DNA from: Adineta vaga
Taxonomy: Eukaryota; Animalia; Rotifera
Reading direction: 5' to 3'
Assembly (NCBI GenBank): GCA_021613535.1
Contig: CP075497.1
Span: forward strand, 11,718,001-11,782,000
DNA length: 64,000 nucleotides
In this document: positions 25,846 to 41,217 of the stretch, one piece after another
How positions within the stretch are numbered: the first letter of the stretch is position 1
How the letters are laid out: each line of letters starts with the position of its first letter
Translations under genes and position numbers: made by a program
The notes under the pieces: model-generated
The model's input: the letters and a program-made list of their open reading frames with translations, nothing else
Database searches by the model: none
What the model was told of the DNA's origin: nothing

Positions 25846-28402
25846 TTGTTAAGATGTAGAAATAATACGAATTTTTTTTGTATAGATATATCAAATCACT
25901 AGTTTGACCACTATCATTATTGTTGTTATTAGTATGCACAAATAGAGATGAAAAGTAAAGGAGAACAATACGATGGCGATGATGATGATGATGATGATCA
26001 GCGAATAGACAGATCTATATGTATATAGCTAAATGTGTGAAGAAGACACAAGCAGCAAATCAAGTACAATCGAAGGACAGGTGAATGAATGAATATGAAT
26101 ATAGCTCTTTCTATATGTATATATGTTTCTATCAGTGATTACGTTCGTATGTGAGTGTATGCGCGTATATATGAAGATACTGCTTAGAATGGTTAAACGA
26201 TGGACTAACGGGACGCACACGTATAAAAAAAAGGGAGAGTAAAAATGGTACAATTCTTTCTTTCTCCCTCTCTCTCTCTCTCTCTCTGTCCCCTTCACTT
26301 AATGATAGAACAACAATAACACTTAAGAGAACGAGAGAAGCATAGAAAGAGAGATTGCAAATAATAGCATCATTTTTTTTAGCATACACACGCGTACAAA
26401 CAAAAACAACAGACGACACATATGTATAACAGTATATGGATATATTGTTCTCTACATATTCTAAGAACTCACTGGAGTGCAGAAGAATAGAGTGTTACCT
26501 CTCTCGCTTTGCACAACTACCAACTGCTTCAAATACATATGACAATCGGATAGAATTGACTTTCCATTTATTGTTATTATAACAACCATTATTATTTCGG
26601 ATATATCACTATAACTGTTCTTATTAATACACACGAGGCGACAACTGATTATGCAAAGTACATACATATATATGACAATAAAACATAGAATGTAATCTAA
26701 TCGAATACATAAAGATCTTATTCATTTGTGGATGTCATTTAATCGAAGTTTAGAAGTCCTAGTCAGTCAGTATAGACTAATCATCAAGGAATTTCATCAT
26801 CGAAGAGTATCTCGATTCCAAGGAGTAATCTAGAAGGACATTCGAACCATATGTGATTCATAGTAGAGCAGAGTAAAAAAGAGAATTTAATTTTTAGAGT
26901 TTCCTTTGATATCGAATGTAATCATTATAAAAAAAAACTGTTGTTCAATTTAAATCTTCAAATGTCATTTTTATTTTTTTAATAGTTCGAATCGTATGAA
27001 TATGAAAGTTGATATAAACAGTTTGATCACTTCTGTTTATATCAGAAATGTAATCTAGATGAAGAAAGAACAGAACAGTTTTGCATAATCACACAAAATA
27101 TGTTCAGAAGGAGAATTAATAGTATTTTAATATTTCTAGATACTAAAACGTATTACTGAGTAGGATATATAATGTGTTTTGATAATTTTACTCACTCTTT
27201 AACACAAAGAGATGAATAAATGATAACGGTTATCAGACTATTTAAGTTCACGCTTATTTGTTTTTATTAATAGACGTCGAATCGAATAGAAACATTCTTC
27301 GATCACATTCTAAATGGGTACTGATGATCGCAGATGATACTGATAAAGAACAGGTGTATCAAATCTTAAATATAATATCGTTCTGTTCTACCTATATTCT
27401 ACATCATGCAGAACATCAACTAAGAATATCGTAGTAATTTGAGTATTAGCTAGATCTAAATAAGCTTGATAAATATCTTTTACACATGCATGTAGTATTT
27501 AGTTATTTGACGATGAACCTTATAATAGTAAAACAGAATATTTCGACAAGCATAGCCATCGATCGCTTAAATGATGTGAACAAGGTCAATATCATTCCTA
27601 AAATGTCAGGTATTATATGTACAACAATAAAATCACCTATAAAACGCTACCTTCATATTCGTTTTTGTCAATGAGATAGAAGTACGTCCAACAAGCAAAA
27701 CCATCAAATCTGGACCAACGCTGGAGTCTTTGCGAAGTGCAAAAATGACTTAGACCACGTCAGAAGATAAAGATTTTCATAAATATGTTTGACTGTTCTC
27801 AATATTCTATGTGATTTTTTTCATTTTCTTGTACATATTCTATCAATAATGAAGTTTTTTAAAACGAATTAGCACCATCTATAGATTTTGAGTAAAGATG
27901 CACTACATATTTTAGAATACTTTAACTCCTATTGAGAATTAAAACAATAGGAATGACTCGGTAATTTGTGTTCATTTTAATTCTAGCTCGACTCAAATTA
28001 TTCAAATGTTTTTACACGACCCTGCATTTATTTATCAAGAATTTACATACGAATAAACTAAACTTCCAAATCGATAAAGTATTTATAAATCACCTACTTT
28101 TGAACTCAACAGTGGTGTGTGCAGCATATTTACATATTAATCCCACCCACATCCCGAAACAGCTGCCAAAGAGATGCAAGGAGTAAAAAGTGTACATGCA
28201 AAAAATGTTTCTGCAATAATGAATAGTTAACAAAAAATCAAATACGTAGCTACTTTCCTCGTATGAAACTTACCCACATAACAACAACGGGACAACAACA
28301 ATCTTTCAATAGCTCAAACTTCACACATTCCGATGAAGCAGTCTTATGCTAAAGTAAGTAATTGATTTTTACAAAATTCAGATAATCATTATTATTTTTT
28401 AG

Positions 28403-28522
28403 GAGTTCTCTTCAAAGATCATACAGAAATTCAAGAAGCCATTGGAAGAAATAATTTCATGAACGAAGCGAATTACTTTCCAGATTGATCTTCTACAATC
28501 GATCCTTGATGATCTACAAAAG
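28403..28522 (+). pseudogene. Orphan exon-like fragment with an internal stop
   Basis: 120 nt bounded by ttttag and gtttga, preceded by a gtaagt donor near 28352. Reads EFSSKIIQKFKKPLEEIIS*TKRITFQIDLLQSILDDLQK. Confidence 0.3.
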
Positions 28523-29905
28523 GTTTGAATGAAAAGCGTTTCTGAATTATTTGTTCTCAATCTTGAGGTGTGGGTGTGGGAGAGAATAGGTGTATCGATT
28601 ACATCCGCATCTTCACCCTAAAGAGCCAGCACAAATAGTTACTCGAGTGAATCCAGATTAAAGATATTGGGGAAGAGTACTCACACATAGAGTATCTCAT
28701 GAGTAGTGATAGATCTAGGCATGCTCTATTTTCAAGTATCTAAAAAGATTCAACACAGTGAAATTATTTCCTTTTTTTTATTTCAGACAGAATTTAAATA
28801 GACCATTGTATGCAACGATAATATTATCCAAAATTATGAAAACAACAATCATAGCGATACGTAGCGTAGAATCGCCAAATATAACAACATAATACAATAG
28901 TTTGAAAAGTTTTTTTTATCTTCGTGAAAGCATTGCACGAACTCGCTGACGCAAGCATATTTTCTTTACGGCTGATCCCTGTTGCCAACTTATGAACTAG
29001 ATAAAAAAGAATACCAATGGTTTGATGCATAATCGTATCATGTCTTAGTAGCTAAAGCTTGAAATGGGATAAAAGAAGAAAATTTTCATCTGTGTGGAAC
29101 TACTACGTTCCCTTATTTGATATTATCTCTCATAAAATTATATTTTGATCTTTGTTTCACTATTGGCTCTTGTTTGGTTTTGTCGTTCATACATTGTGTC
29201 AAAGCGAATAATTTATCTATTATCAAACCGGAGGCGTTCTATAACAAGATATTATGATTTAAACCGAACAGATTTAAATGTGATATCAAACAATTTACTA
29301 CATACAATTTGCCAACAAGAAAAATTATGAGGAACCAAATCAATTCAAAAAAATCTCACATGAACGAAGAAAATCAGATGATGAGCGTTTTTTATTGGCA
29401 ATCAAAGAACTGAACTAAAAGTATTTTTTATATGTTTTATATTTTATGTATTTAGCCATATCTTTAATAAAGAACAACATTTTCTAAAAATTCACGTTAT
29501 TTTATAAGCTGTGAAATATTCTTTTAAAAAATCTTCTGTTTGAGCATTTGGTAGAATACCTGACTGGTATGGATTTTAAATATTATGAACTCATCAACAG
29601 TAAAAATGATTACATATCAATGAATATGTTGAAGAAAGCAAATTTTCATATAAATTTATATTTATTTTTCACAATATCCTCTACTGCAAATAAGAAATTC
29701 AATAATTATCATCTTTCCTGAGAAATGCACGCACACTGAGAAAAATTTTGAAATTGCACAAAAAAAAACTAAAAGAAAACACACGATCATTATAATCGTG
29801 AAAGTGAAAAAGAAGAAGCACGCATACACACGCACACACACACAATTGTAAAGGAAATTTCATTGACTAGTTATTTGTAGGGCCGTTTTAGAAAAAATAA
29901 TTTGA

Positions 29906-32733
29906 TTAAACATCTATTTTTTCTTCTTCAGCAAGACGAGCAACATTTGAAATAGGTACATTATTTTTAAATGAAGAATATGGTGCTCGAAATGTATTCA
30001 TCGATGGTGGTGGAAGTGGTGATGAAGATGAATCTGTACCACTACTTGTATATGTTGTTGCAGTTGAAATTGATAACGATAATGGTCGTCCCGAAATGAT
30101 CTGTCGTTGTTGTTTTAATACACAGATTGAATCATATCCACTATCTCGTGGTGGTTTTGCTAAAAAAATAGAGATAAAATAAATTAGTTGACAAAAAGGA
30201 AATGTAAACATACGTGGTGGAGTGGCAACAGAGGGCATTGACGAAAGATAAGGTGATGGTGGATAACTATTTCGAATGATTCGTGAAAATTGTTGATGAT
30301 CGGATAATGGTCGCATTGTTGAATTCTAAACAAAACATAATTAATAAGAATTATTTGATAGTATATTCAATGTAAAAATTTACTTTATGAAGAATTCGTA
30401 TTTGTCTATTCATTGAATCCGATGATTCAAATGATGTTCGATCACTACCATTTAAGTTAACAAGTCTTTCACGTTCTTCTGATGTAATATCATCATGTTC
30501 ATCTAATTTACTACTACAAGCACTATCATCATGAATAAATGGAGATTTTCTTTGTATTGTATCATATAAATTAAATCGTCGTGAAGTATCATATGTTTGA
30601 TTTGGTTTAAGAGCTTTTCGCTGACGAAATATATATGAATGTAAACAGAATGTTATCGATATTGTTATTATAATAAGAATTATCAATAGAAAAAATAGAA
30701 ATAAACCAATAATTACATAAGAATAATGATCAAATAATGGTAATGACCATGAAAAAATATTTTTATCACTAATAAATGATAGATTTGAAAATGATTGATT
30801 ATTATTTTCAATAATCTGATCGATTTGATTCATTTTTAAAGTGGATATATAGCAATCATGAGTTGTATTTAATCGATTTGGTTTACCATGATCCATTGCC
30901 ATTATACGTAAATGATAAGATGAGGATTGATTTAAAATTTCCGAGTTAAATACTTGACCTTGATCGTTAATTGTAAATAAATTCTCATAAGGTGAAAGAA
31001 TTGAATAAGATAAAAGTGCATTATCACCAATATCTAAATCGGTTGCAGATATTTGAAATAATGGGTTCTCTGAAACAAATGAAAAAAAGAAAATGTTCTT
31101 TAATTCTCAAAAATAGTTCATAAAACAAACCTAATGATTGATTTTCTGAAGGATTTATTTGTACATTACAATTAATTGATTGATTGAAAATAGGTGGTGA
31201 ATCATTTTCATCAATAATTACTATTTTATATTCTAAACGAACTTCTTTTGAAGGTTGTCCATGATCATAAATAATTAAGATAAAATTTTGTGAATAAATT
31301 CGACTATCTTCTCGATCAACTGAACTTTCCGTAATGAGTAAGAATGACTTTTGATCGATTGTTCTTATGCCAATTAAATCATTACCTTCTTCAATTCGAT
31401 AAGATAATTCACCATTTAATCCAGAATCTTGATCCGATATGGAAACATGTGCTAAAATTTGTCCAATTGGAGCATTTTCATGAATAGCTATTATCGAATC
31501 ATTAATAAGAGGTTGAACAAATGTTATGAATGCTTGTGGATGATTATCATTTTCATCAATGATTGAAATATCAATGGTAGCAAAACGTGCTAAAGAATTT
31601 TCACCTAAATCTCGAACTTGAATGGTTAAACGATATGATTGTTCTGATTCATAATCAAGTCGACCAACTAAAGTTAAACTGGAAAAAAAAGAAAACAAGA
31701 ATTTTCTATGAATAAATTCAAAATCGTTTTTATACATACATTCCAGTTGTATCACTGATACGAAAATGATCCATCCAATTCGATGATGGAAGACCATTTG
31801 TAATTGAATAATGAATCTATTAAAGAAATGAAAATGTAACGATATGAAAAAGAAATTCATCAATTTTACTTTTCCATTCAGTCCAATATCTTTATCTGTT
31901 GCATGAATACGTGTTAATTCTGTTCCTACAGGTGTATTTTCACTAACATTCAAATTAATATATTTTTCAGTCAGAACAACGGCATTATCATTCATATCCT
32001 ATTGTAAATAAAAATTATTTAGAAAAGAAACAATTTGATTTTCAGAAATACATACATCAATTTTAATATATAATTTTGTTGAACTCTGTCGTTTAGGTTG
32101 CCCATTATCAAAAGCAATCAATTCATATTCATAATGATCTCGTTCTTCTCGATCGATCTCTTTAATTACTTTTAATATTAAACCACCATTTGTCTTTGTC
32201 ACTAATTCAAATGGTCCATCGTTATTATTTTCATCTAAACGTTTCAGTTCATAATTAATTCGACTATTTTCACCAAGATCCGCATCATTTGCTTGTTCTA
32301 GAGCTAACTCATAACCTATTGGACTATTTTCCATTAAATTAAATTCATAATTTTTCGAAAGAAATCTCGGTGTATGATCATTTATATCATCAATATTCAA
32401 AATAAGTTGTAAAAGACGATATGGTGTTTGCCATTCAATTAATTCAATCGTTAATTGACACTGTAAACATGAACATAAACGTTGTGAACATAAATCTTCT
32501 CGATCAATCGAACGTGCCAGTAAAAGATGACCGTTAGAAGAATCATATCGTACAAATGAATTTTGATTTCTTCCTGTATCGAATAAACGATAAGTGATTG
32601 AATTTGTTGTTGTAAACAAAATTGTCGATAGAGGTAATTCTTCATCAACACGGATATGAATTATTTGTTGATCTTGATTTTTACAAAATACATTTGAAAC
32701 GATAAATAATAAGAAAAAAGATATAGAAAACAT
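29906..32733 (-). CDS. Protocadherin-like cadherin (signal peptide, ~5 EC repeats, TM, cytoplasmic tail)
   Basis: IDREDLC in EC1, DINDHTPRF, DADLGEN, IDREE, LDYE, DENDN, DQDSGLNG; TM segment YVIIGLFLFFLLIILIIITISITF. Confidence 0.9.
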
Positions 32734-35700
32734 GATCTACAAATAAAAACAGATGGATAGAAAATCTTCCTCATTAATCAATCATCTGCACACTTTCTAC
32801 TTCATGAAATTGAACTCGTTTTTTTTCTTCTTTCTCGCAAATTATCACCTCTTATACTTTCAATGAATTGAGAACATAGACAGGTGTGCAGATGTATTAT
32901 GTCCAGAAAAGAAACGAGAAGAAGGATATACGCCCAAGAAAAATAGAAAGAGAAAGTTCCGGTATTCGTCTATACGAGACGAAAAATGACATCGTCTCAT
33001 TCTGATCTAATCATCGGAATGAGATTGTATTCACTGCCAATTCTCATCTTATTGAGGAAATGAGATGGAAGATGAACGCGATGGACCGAATTGAATATGT
33101 ATTGCAGACACTAACGCCCATTGGCGACTATTTGTTTTGACTTGCTTTCCTTCGATTTATGAAATATCGCAATGAACAAACGAAGAGAGAGAAAGTGAGG
33201 AAAAAAACCTTGACTGTCAATAGAAGAAAAAAGAGCATATGGCACAAACAAATTAGAAAATAACGATAGGAAGAATTATTGAACTTTTAATTGGCTCAAG
33301 CTTGAGGCAATGTCTCTTGATCATGAACTAGTGATGGTACTACTATGATGATTATTTCTGCTCGGGTGACTTAAACAATAAACTATTTGCGAGAAGATCA
33401 GAAAATGTTTTTCAACCAGAACTGATTTCATCATTAGAAAAAAAAGATAAAGAAAAATTGTTCTTTCTTGATGAACATTTTCTTTTCGGAAAAATAAAAC
33501 TAATATCATTCATCTGGTCGTACTTTGTTCATCAAATAAAAGTTCAATCAAATCTTCAGGCTTTCTTGTATACAGATCAATATCTTACTTGTTGTTTTTC
33601 ATTGTCTAGACATGAATACATCGATTTTCTGTGTTTTACTTACCTTGCCTTAGGAAGATAACAATACATTCATATTGTTATTTCTTTTTATTCTAATTGT
33701 TAACTGTTCTTTTTTTCTCTGTCTCTCTGTCTCTCTCTCTTTCTCAGGGTGTCCGCTGACATTGTCGACAACTTGAATCAATGGAGAAGAAGAAGAAGAA
33801 GTTTTGACTCTTGATGACTGTAGAATATTATTGAAAATGATCGAATGAATAAATGAATGTTGATCGAACGGATGTTGCCCGTTTTTTTTCTTCTTCTAAG
33901 TGTTATGAATGTAAACAGTTGAGTGGTAACTGCCTATTTAAATTCACATTGTAATGACGGGACACATACTTATACGCGCACGCGTATGTGTGCTCACAAT
34001 CAATTGAACGTCTCGAATGATTGAATTTTTGTATCTTCTTTTTTTCTCTTCTCTAATCAATAGAAATCAAAATGACGAAAAAGGAAGAAGAGAAAAACTA
34101 TAAAAGGAAATCTGCACTATTGATTGCCGCTGAAGTTCGAAGGTCACTCTGATGATATGATTTAACGGAAACACAACCATACATTTATTTCAATGTCAAG
34201 ATCTGATTATCTCAAGTAACATCGTCGATTCCGCTAGGCATTTATTTATTTTAAAGACATCATTATGATGTTTGACCATGTTCCTGTCTGTCTATCTATC
34301 AGTCTGTCGTTTTCTATTGAGATAAACGGTCTGTTATAATTACTTATGAAATAATTACTGACAAGAAGGACTACTAGTCAGATACTTAAAAAGAATATTC
34401 TCAACACTTCAATTATTAATAAAAGCAATATCCTACTTTTCTTCAATAAACCTTTTTTTCCGGTCGCGTGTCAATATTCATCCATACATATACATATTAA
34501 AACGAATACCTGTATGGATTCAAATATATACATATATATATATACTTGACCCAATCTAAAAATGAGTAACAGCTGCCATTTTACGTTCGCGCATACTTAC
34601 AGTCATATGTACAGACAGTATACAAGTATCAGAAAAAAAGAAAGAAAGAGTCCTTATGTCATTCATTCACTTATTCATTCAAGCCTTACATATACACTAA
34701 ATACTTGTTATTTATTCAATCCATTAGTGTGAAGACATAAGTCGTCTTGCTCAAGATGTTTTTGCATGACTGTAACTTATTCAGTTTATTCGTTTTCTTT
34801 TGTCTTTCATTATGACTCTATTCTTTGGACTTATGGGACTTACTTGTTGATTTTTAATTATAGAGTAACAGATTGGTGATGAGAATCACTGATAGGAATC
34901 TGTGACGCATACACACACAAACACATGCATAAATTGAATACTGACAAAGATCGTCCATTCTATACGCGTGTATGTGAAAGATTCGGTTACATCATTTTCT
35001 GTAAAGGAGAAAATGAGAGCCACCAGTACTCTTGGTCCTTTCTCTTTTTTTTATGATTATTTGATGAACGGACAACGGCAATAGCAACAGCCGTCGAAGA
35101 AGAAAAAGGGGGGAGAAAAAGTGGTGCATACATACGTCAAAGCAGGAAGGAAGTCTTTAAGTAGAGTTATAAGGGAAAGAGAAGCGAGAGAAAGGAGAAG
35201 AAGGATCAATCATGAAAAACAACCAGAAAGAATAAAAGAAGTGTCCGATCAGTCGAATGAAGAGAAAAAAAGGGGAATCTGAAGCGAAAAAAAAACTAAT
35301 AGAAAACTATCAAATACATTCTAATGTTTATCCAACTATAATGAACTTTTCTTTTTTTGTTGAAGATTGTAAAAGATAAACAAAACAATCTTTCTTTTCT
35401 AAGTTTTCATATGATGAAGATGATTTTTCTTTCTCGCGTCTTGAGTTGATTTTTCTATTATATAAAGAATAAAGGTTGACATCAATATTTTTTCAAGATG
35501 AGAAAAAAAGAGATCGACAGAGAAAAGAAAGTATACTCTTGAGAAGGACAATGATTGTCAAGTATGAAGTGGAACGTAGTGAGAACAAATGCAGCTCGTC
35601 TTCATTCAAGGATCACCGTATGCATACGTATGTGTTTTAAAAAAATCTATTCTATTGTTCATTGAATAATGATGAAGAAGAAAAAGAAGAAATTCTTTCA

Positions 35701-38700
35701 CTCTAAACGACACGTTCTATTCATCTTTTGTTCTTTCATTCATTTTTTTTCAACTTCGATGCAGTGACTTTGCATCATCACGTTTTTCCATCTGTCTCAT
35801 ACATTTGTTGCTGTCGCTACTCATTAGTTGGTCAGATTTCTGTTCATGAACGTGCTCACTAGCCTAATTGATGTCAAAGATAGAAGAAGAATAAGAACGA
35901 GCCTTACTCCTATAATCATAAGTGACACGGGTTGTCGCTCTTTCTCTCTCTCTTTCTCTCTCTCTTTTGCCGTTCGTTCGTCTAGCATTAGGCATGACAA
36001 GACCAGATAAAATATTAATCAGCTAAATTGCACAATCACGATTGTCTTCCTTTCATAAAATCCTATTCATTATTCTATCGATATTATTGAAGACTATTGG
36101 GAGACAGTCAAATTTCTTTTAGAACGTCTTTTTAGATTAGATTCAAACAAAGACGAAAGAAAAAATCACCTGTCTCCATTATGTCGATTCTCTCTTTTTC
36201 TTTGTATGTATAACTAATGCGTCGATTATGCAAGTGAATAATTTCAACATAGACATAAGATTGATTTCGAAGAAGAAGAAGAAGAAGAAAATTTCAAGAA
36301 TAAACAATTTCCTCGTCTACAATGACACAAGTGATTTTGTATTACACTGAAAATGTCTTACTTCTGTGTATATAAGTATATATCTATCTTGACACAAGTA
36401 GTAGCTCACTTGATGTTTCTCGTTCACTTGATTTCAGTAAGAATCTAATCATTGTCAAGAATGCACACAATTATATACTCAAATTTCACTCTACTATTCG
36501 CTAAATAAAAGATTGGGTGTGAAACAGAATATAGGTCCATGGTCGCGTGTCCTTCTCACTTTACTTTTTTCGGATATATATATATACTGTAACGAATAAA
36601 GAAGGGAAAAAGAAAAGAAAATGAGTGTTCATTTATAATGATGTGATGTCATAAGTATGAAAAAAAAAGAAGAAAGAATATTTCGACACGAGAAAGGAAT
36701 AAAAGACATTTGCAAGGTGTATTTAGTTTAAATCGACATTCAACATCATAAAAGAAAAGCAAGGAGAATAAAAAACGAGAAAAAAAAGGAACATTAACAT
36801 AAATTTTCCGGACATAAATATTAAATGTATACAAAGTCAATGTGATTAGTAATCGATTGAATGTCATTGAACAATGTTCTCCATCGAAGAAAGACTATTC
36901 AACAAATTACAATACACAAATCTCTCACCTTAAATCAATGACCTCCGTTTGTCATCTTTATTGACATCCATATATATGTACACATGGAACATTGAAAAAA
37001 ATTGGGTTATGAAACAATCAATCCATAACTCATCGTACATACATATATATATACATACTATCATGCTAAGTCAATTATCCATAGTAATACAAGTAGAAAG
37101 CACAGGCTGCTCTACTCATCAGCATTCCATCCTCAACGCTTACATCATGATGATGATCAGTGAGGTGATACGTCAAGGGTATTCCTTCTCACACTCATCA
37201 TAAATTCATTCCAGCAAAAGCGTGTTACATTTCATATTGATGAGAACGACTGATGCAACAAATATTTACCTTGAGCTTTGACAAGATTCATTCTTATAAA
37301 AGAGAAAAATTTGATCAATTTAGTAATTGCCCAATCATCATCTGAACAGTAGCAGCAAGTGTGACGATGTATTTACGTTATAGAATTGACACACTGTGTT
37401 TTTGATGTATGCCGTTGATCGACATCGATCGATTAATTGATAGAAGAGAAGAAAAAACGATTTGCAATCAACCGCATACTGTGAACAAGAATATAAGCAA
37501 GGACGGTAATGAATGGCAATGTGTATGTTTGTTTACGGTACTAGCCTATCATCATCATCAATACAACTACATATATACATCTGTGCGGTCAAAAGGAATA
37601 ATTTGTATGTTATAGTGCCGGTCAGTTCGCGTCGTTTTTTTAAGTTTAAAAGCATTTATGTAGAAAAAAATTCTCTTTGAAGAAAATGAGTAAAAGAAAG
37701 AATAGGAATGCATGTTGAGAGCAGATGGACAAACGAGAATGAACAAAAAGATCGATAAGCGATGCAGTGACCGTAGCATGACAAGATAGATATTTTTTAG
37801 ATATTGATCATGAATGACAAGTTCCTGGCATCATCATGGCTATCATTATCGACATGGGACTTCAAGGACATGAATAAAAGAAGTCAGATCAAATGAATAG
37901 ATAACAACAACAAAAATATCCTATTGGGACATTTCGACGAAATTTACTTTCAAAATATATACAAATCACATAGGAATGCATTGATTTATGCATTGTTTCT
38001 ATGTTTATATTTTCAATTGATAATTGATTTGAACGTTATTATTACAAAGAATGATAAACAATATGTAATCAATTGAATAATCCAATGTACCTGTTAACAA
38101 TTATTCTAATCTTATTTGTCGAAATCATTGATGACTTCGATGAGAATTCGTCTAATGGTGCTTTGTGCATGTCTATGCCTTGAAGGCATTGTAAATTTCT
38201 TGTTCAACTATCAACACATCTTCTTGATCTTCATTTGCTCTCTCTTCACACACACACACACACACACACATAATAGTAATTAATTTGCTTGTCCGGTTTT
38301 TTTGCTGATATTCTTTCAAAGATTCATCTGCTAATGCTTATCTTCTTCTTCATCATTTTACTTGATATGTATGGCGAACAAGTCGGGTGATGTCCAATGA
38401 CGATCGCATAGATCAAACATGTGAGATCTTATCGCATGTTCATGTCCGCATACGCAAGATTAACAGACATAAAATACATACCCAGACACTTCATTTGTTG
38501 AGAGAAAAAGAAGAAAAACGAGAGCTAATATTGCCTCACATTGAACAGATTAGGTCGACAATGATAGGACCATTGTTATGATGAACTGAAGAGAAAGAAT
38601 TAGCCGAGTGTATAGATATGAATCAAATCTGTTCTTTATTATCGTTCATCAAATAACAATGACATATGAATAAGCCATTTAAAAAATGAAAAAAAAATCT

Positions 38701-38817
38701 ATCAAGAATATTAATCTAACAACAAATGTAGAGAATTCTTGCAGATTATATTCTGAATTTTATCATGAAATTAAAGATTTATAGATTTACACATTTAAAA
38801 AAAGAGAAAAAAAGGAT

Positions 38818-40831
38818 TTATTTGAGTGATATATGTATATATCGTTCCTTTTTATAAGAACGATATTCTTTCGGTAATTCTTTTATCCATGCCGCAAACA
38901 AAGCAAGAGTTGATTTTTCTTCTTCATCATCCGTCTCATCGTCATCATCACTATCATCGGAATCATTAAGACTATCATTTTCAGGTATTTCAAAGACAAC
39001 ACTGATGAGATCTTCTTTTAGTTGTTCGAGAACATATTTGCAACTTTCTACACTATCAACTGGAATATTTAAATATTGAACACGAGGAAACATTGCACAG
39101 AATGGTTCCGTATTGACAGGACGTTCATTTTCACCCTGATTTGAGTCAATAATAAGTTGTCGAAGACATCTCGTATGCGAAAATTTCGCAGCATTCAAAG
39201 CATCAAGAAAAGTTGTATTTGTTCGTAGACATTGCAGATTGGAAAGAAGATTAAATAAAATAACAACTTCAGTAGTTGGAATACGTTCCATTCGAGTTAA
39301 TTCTTGTATGGTTGATAGATTAACAAGACTTTGAATATGAGTAAGAAATAATCCAGAATTTGCCCATTTACCATGTAGAAATAAATTTGTCACATGACGA
39401 AAACGAGGATGAGGAAGATTCTAAAATGATTTCTATTGTATTTCTCTATGAATCAATGAGAAATATATTTACCTCAATCGGATTTTCAATTTTTCCTGCT
39501 GTATCGATATATAAATCTCGAACATTTTTCATTGCATCAATTTGTAATAATGAATTTTTTTTCGCTGTAGAACGATATTCCAACGGTGGTGATTCAGTTA
39601 CAACTACATAAGATTTATCGATATATGGTAATGAATAAAGTACGGCAACGTCATCATATTTTTCTAATGAAACAAACCATTGTTTTACTTCAGTCCAAAA
39701 TGGTTTTTGAAATGTTGATAAACATGTATCGATATTAAATGATGTTGAATTTGAAATACTTACTGAGAAAACAAATTGAAATTTATCAAGATTCGTAATG
39801 AATTTTTCCCAACGAGAACCATCTAAAATTGTTTCATCATCATATTCAAGTGGTGTGATTAAATTAAATTGTTTTAAATTGGTAAGTTCTTCTAATAACC
39901 ATTGAAGTTTTAACATCGTAAATGAACATGAAGTTAATTTTAGTATTCTTAAATTATTCACCGATTCAATCGATGTGAATTTTTCTTTTTTTACTAATTG
40001 ATTTTCATTATTATTTACATTAGCATTCAATTGAATTTCAACATCTTCGGAATCATTCATTTCATCATCATCATCATCATCATCACTATCATCATCATTA
40101 TCTGGAGGAACTGGACTATCATTTAAATCATTTTCATCATTAAAATCTAAATCATCTGTTATTAGTGTTTGCAATTGAGGTGTATGAATACAAACATTAC
40201 GAATAAAACTAACTGTACAAGTTCCTATGAATGTTAAATGTCTAATTGAATTTGATTCTAACCAAGGTAATGGATTTGATGTTGTTCGACTGTATGATAA
40301 ATCTAAATAAGCTTTTCGAAGTGATGGTTTACTTAGAATAGACGTGAGTAATTCGATAAAGATATCACTATAAAGTTCCTCAACATTAATAATTGTTATT
40401 GAAGAAAAATTTAGTAATGAACTATGATCAGCAATTGAAATTAAGATTTGATTGATTATTTCTTCGTCATTTATTTGCATGATTGTTAATGCTCGAAGGC
40501 GAGTTAATGTATTCATAGAATATTTTGATAGAAATAATTCAATGAGTCCAGGACTAGTCTCATCATCGGTTAATGTAAGTTCAGTTATTTGTTCAGGACG
40601 AATACGTGAAGCAATCAAATGAAAATGTTTTAATGAAATTAATTTTAAATTCAAATGATATCGATCATAGGAAGATAAAACTTCATTGAAACGTTTAGAT
40701 ACATGATGTAATGAACGAAAAATAGTATAAGTATCTAATTCATCTAAGATTTTGAAGACAATTTCGATGGGTAATTCATCAAGTGTATGCCATTCGGTGA
40801 TGCCATGAACTTTCGTATTTGCGCAACCCAT
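38818..40831 (-). CDS. F-box/LRR-like protein with acidic tracts, 2 exons
   Basis: LDELPIEIVFKILDELD F-box, LRR-like LxxLxL repeats, DGSRWE...FQKPFW...LYSLPY; intron near 39410-39472. Confidence 0.82.
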
Positions 40832-41217
40832 TGAAACTGCTTTTGAAACAAGAATTTACACGTGTGAATGTTTATATTCGTTGGTTGGATTTCTTTTTTC
40901 TGTTTTGTTTCTTTTTCAAAGTGATTGTTGTTGTTAGTGATGATGACGAAGAAGATGTTTAGAGAGAAAGTGAAGTAGATTTAAAAAATGAAAATTTTCA
41001 TGTATCAAGTAAGGATGTTGATTTAAATCAGGTTTTGTAGTAATGAGAAAGAGTTCCGTTGTGTTGGAAGAAGTAAATCATCGATGAGGTTGCGAGAGTG
41101 TGTTTTTGTCCACAGAATAAAACGTGACAACAACTTTAAATTGTTTGTTGGAAGAAAGGAAGAAAATAAATCATCGTACTCCTCTATGGATTTTCTTCTT
41201 CTAATTCATTGTTTAGG

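Noticed and set aside
34149-34206. Box C/D snoRNA-like TGATGA...CTGA
   Set aside because: No terminal stem and no recognisable rRNA guide; such motifs are frequent by chance here.
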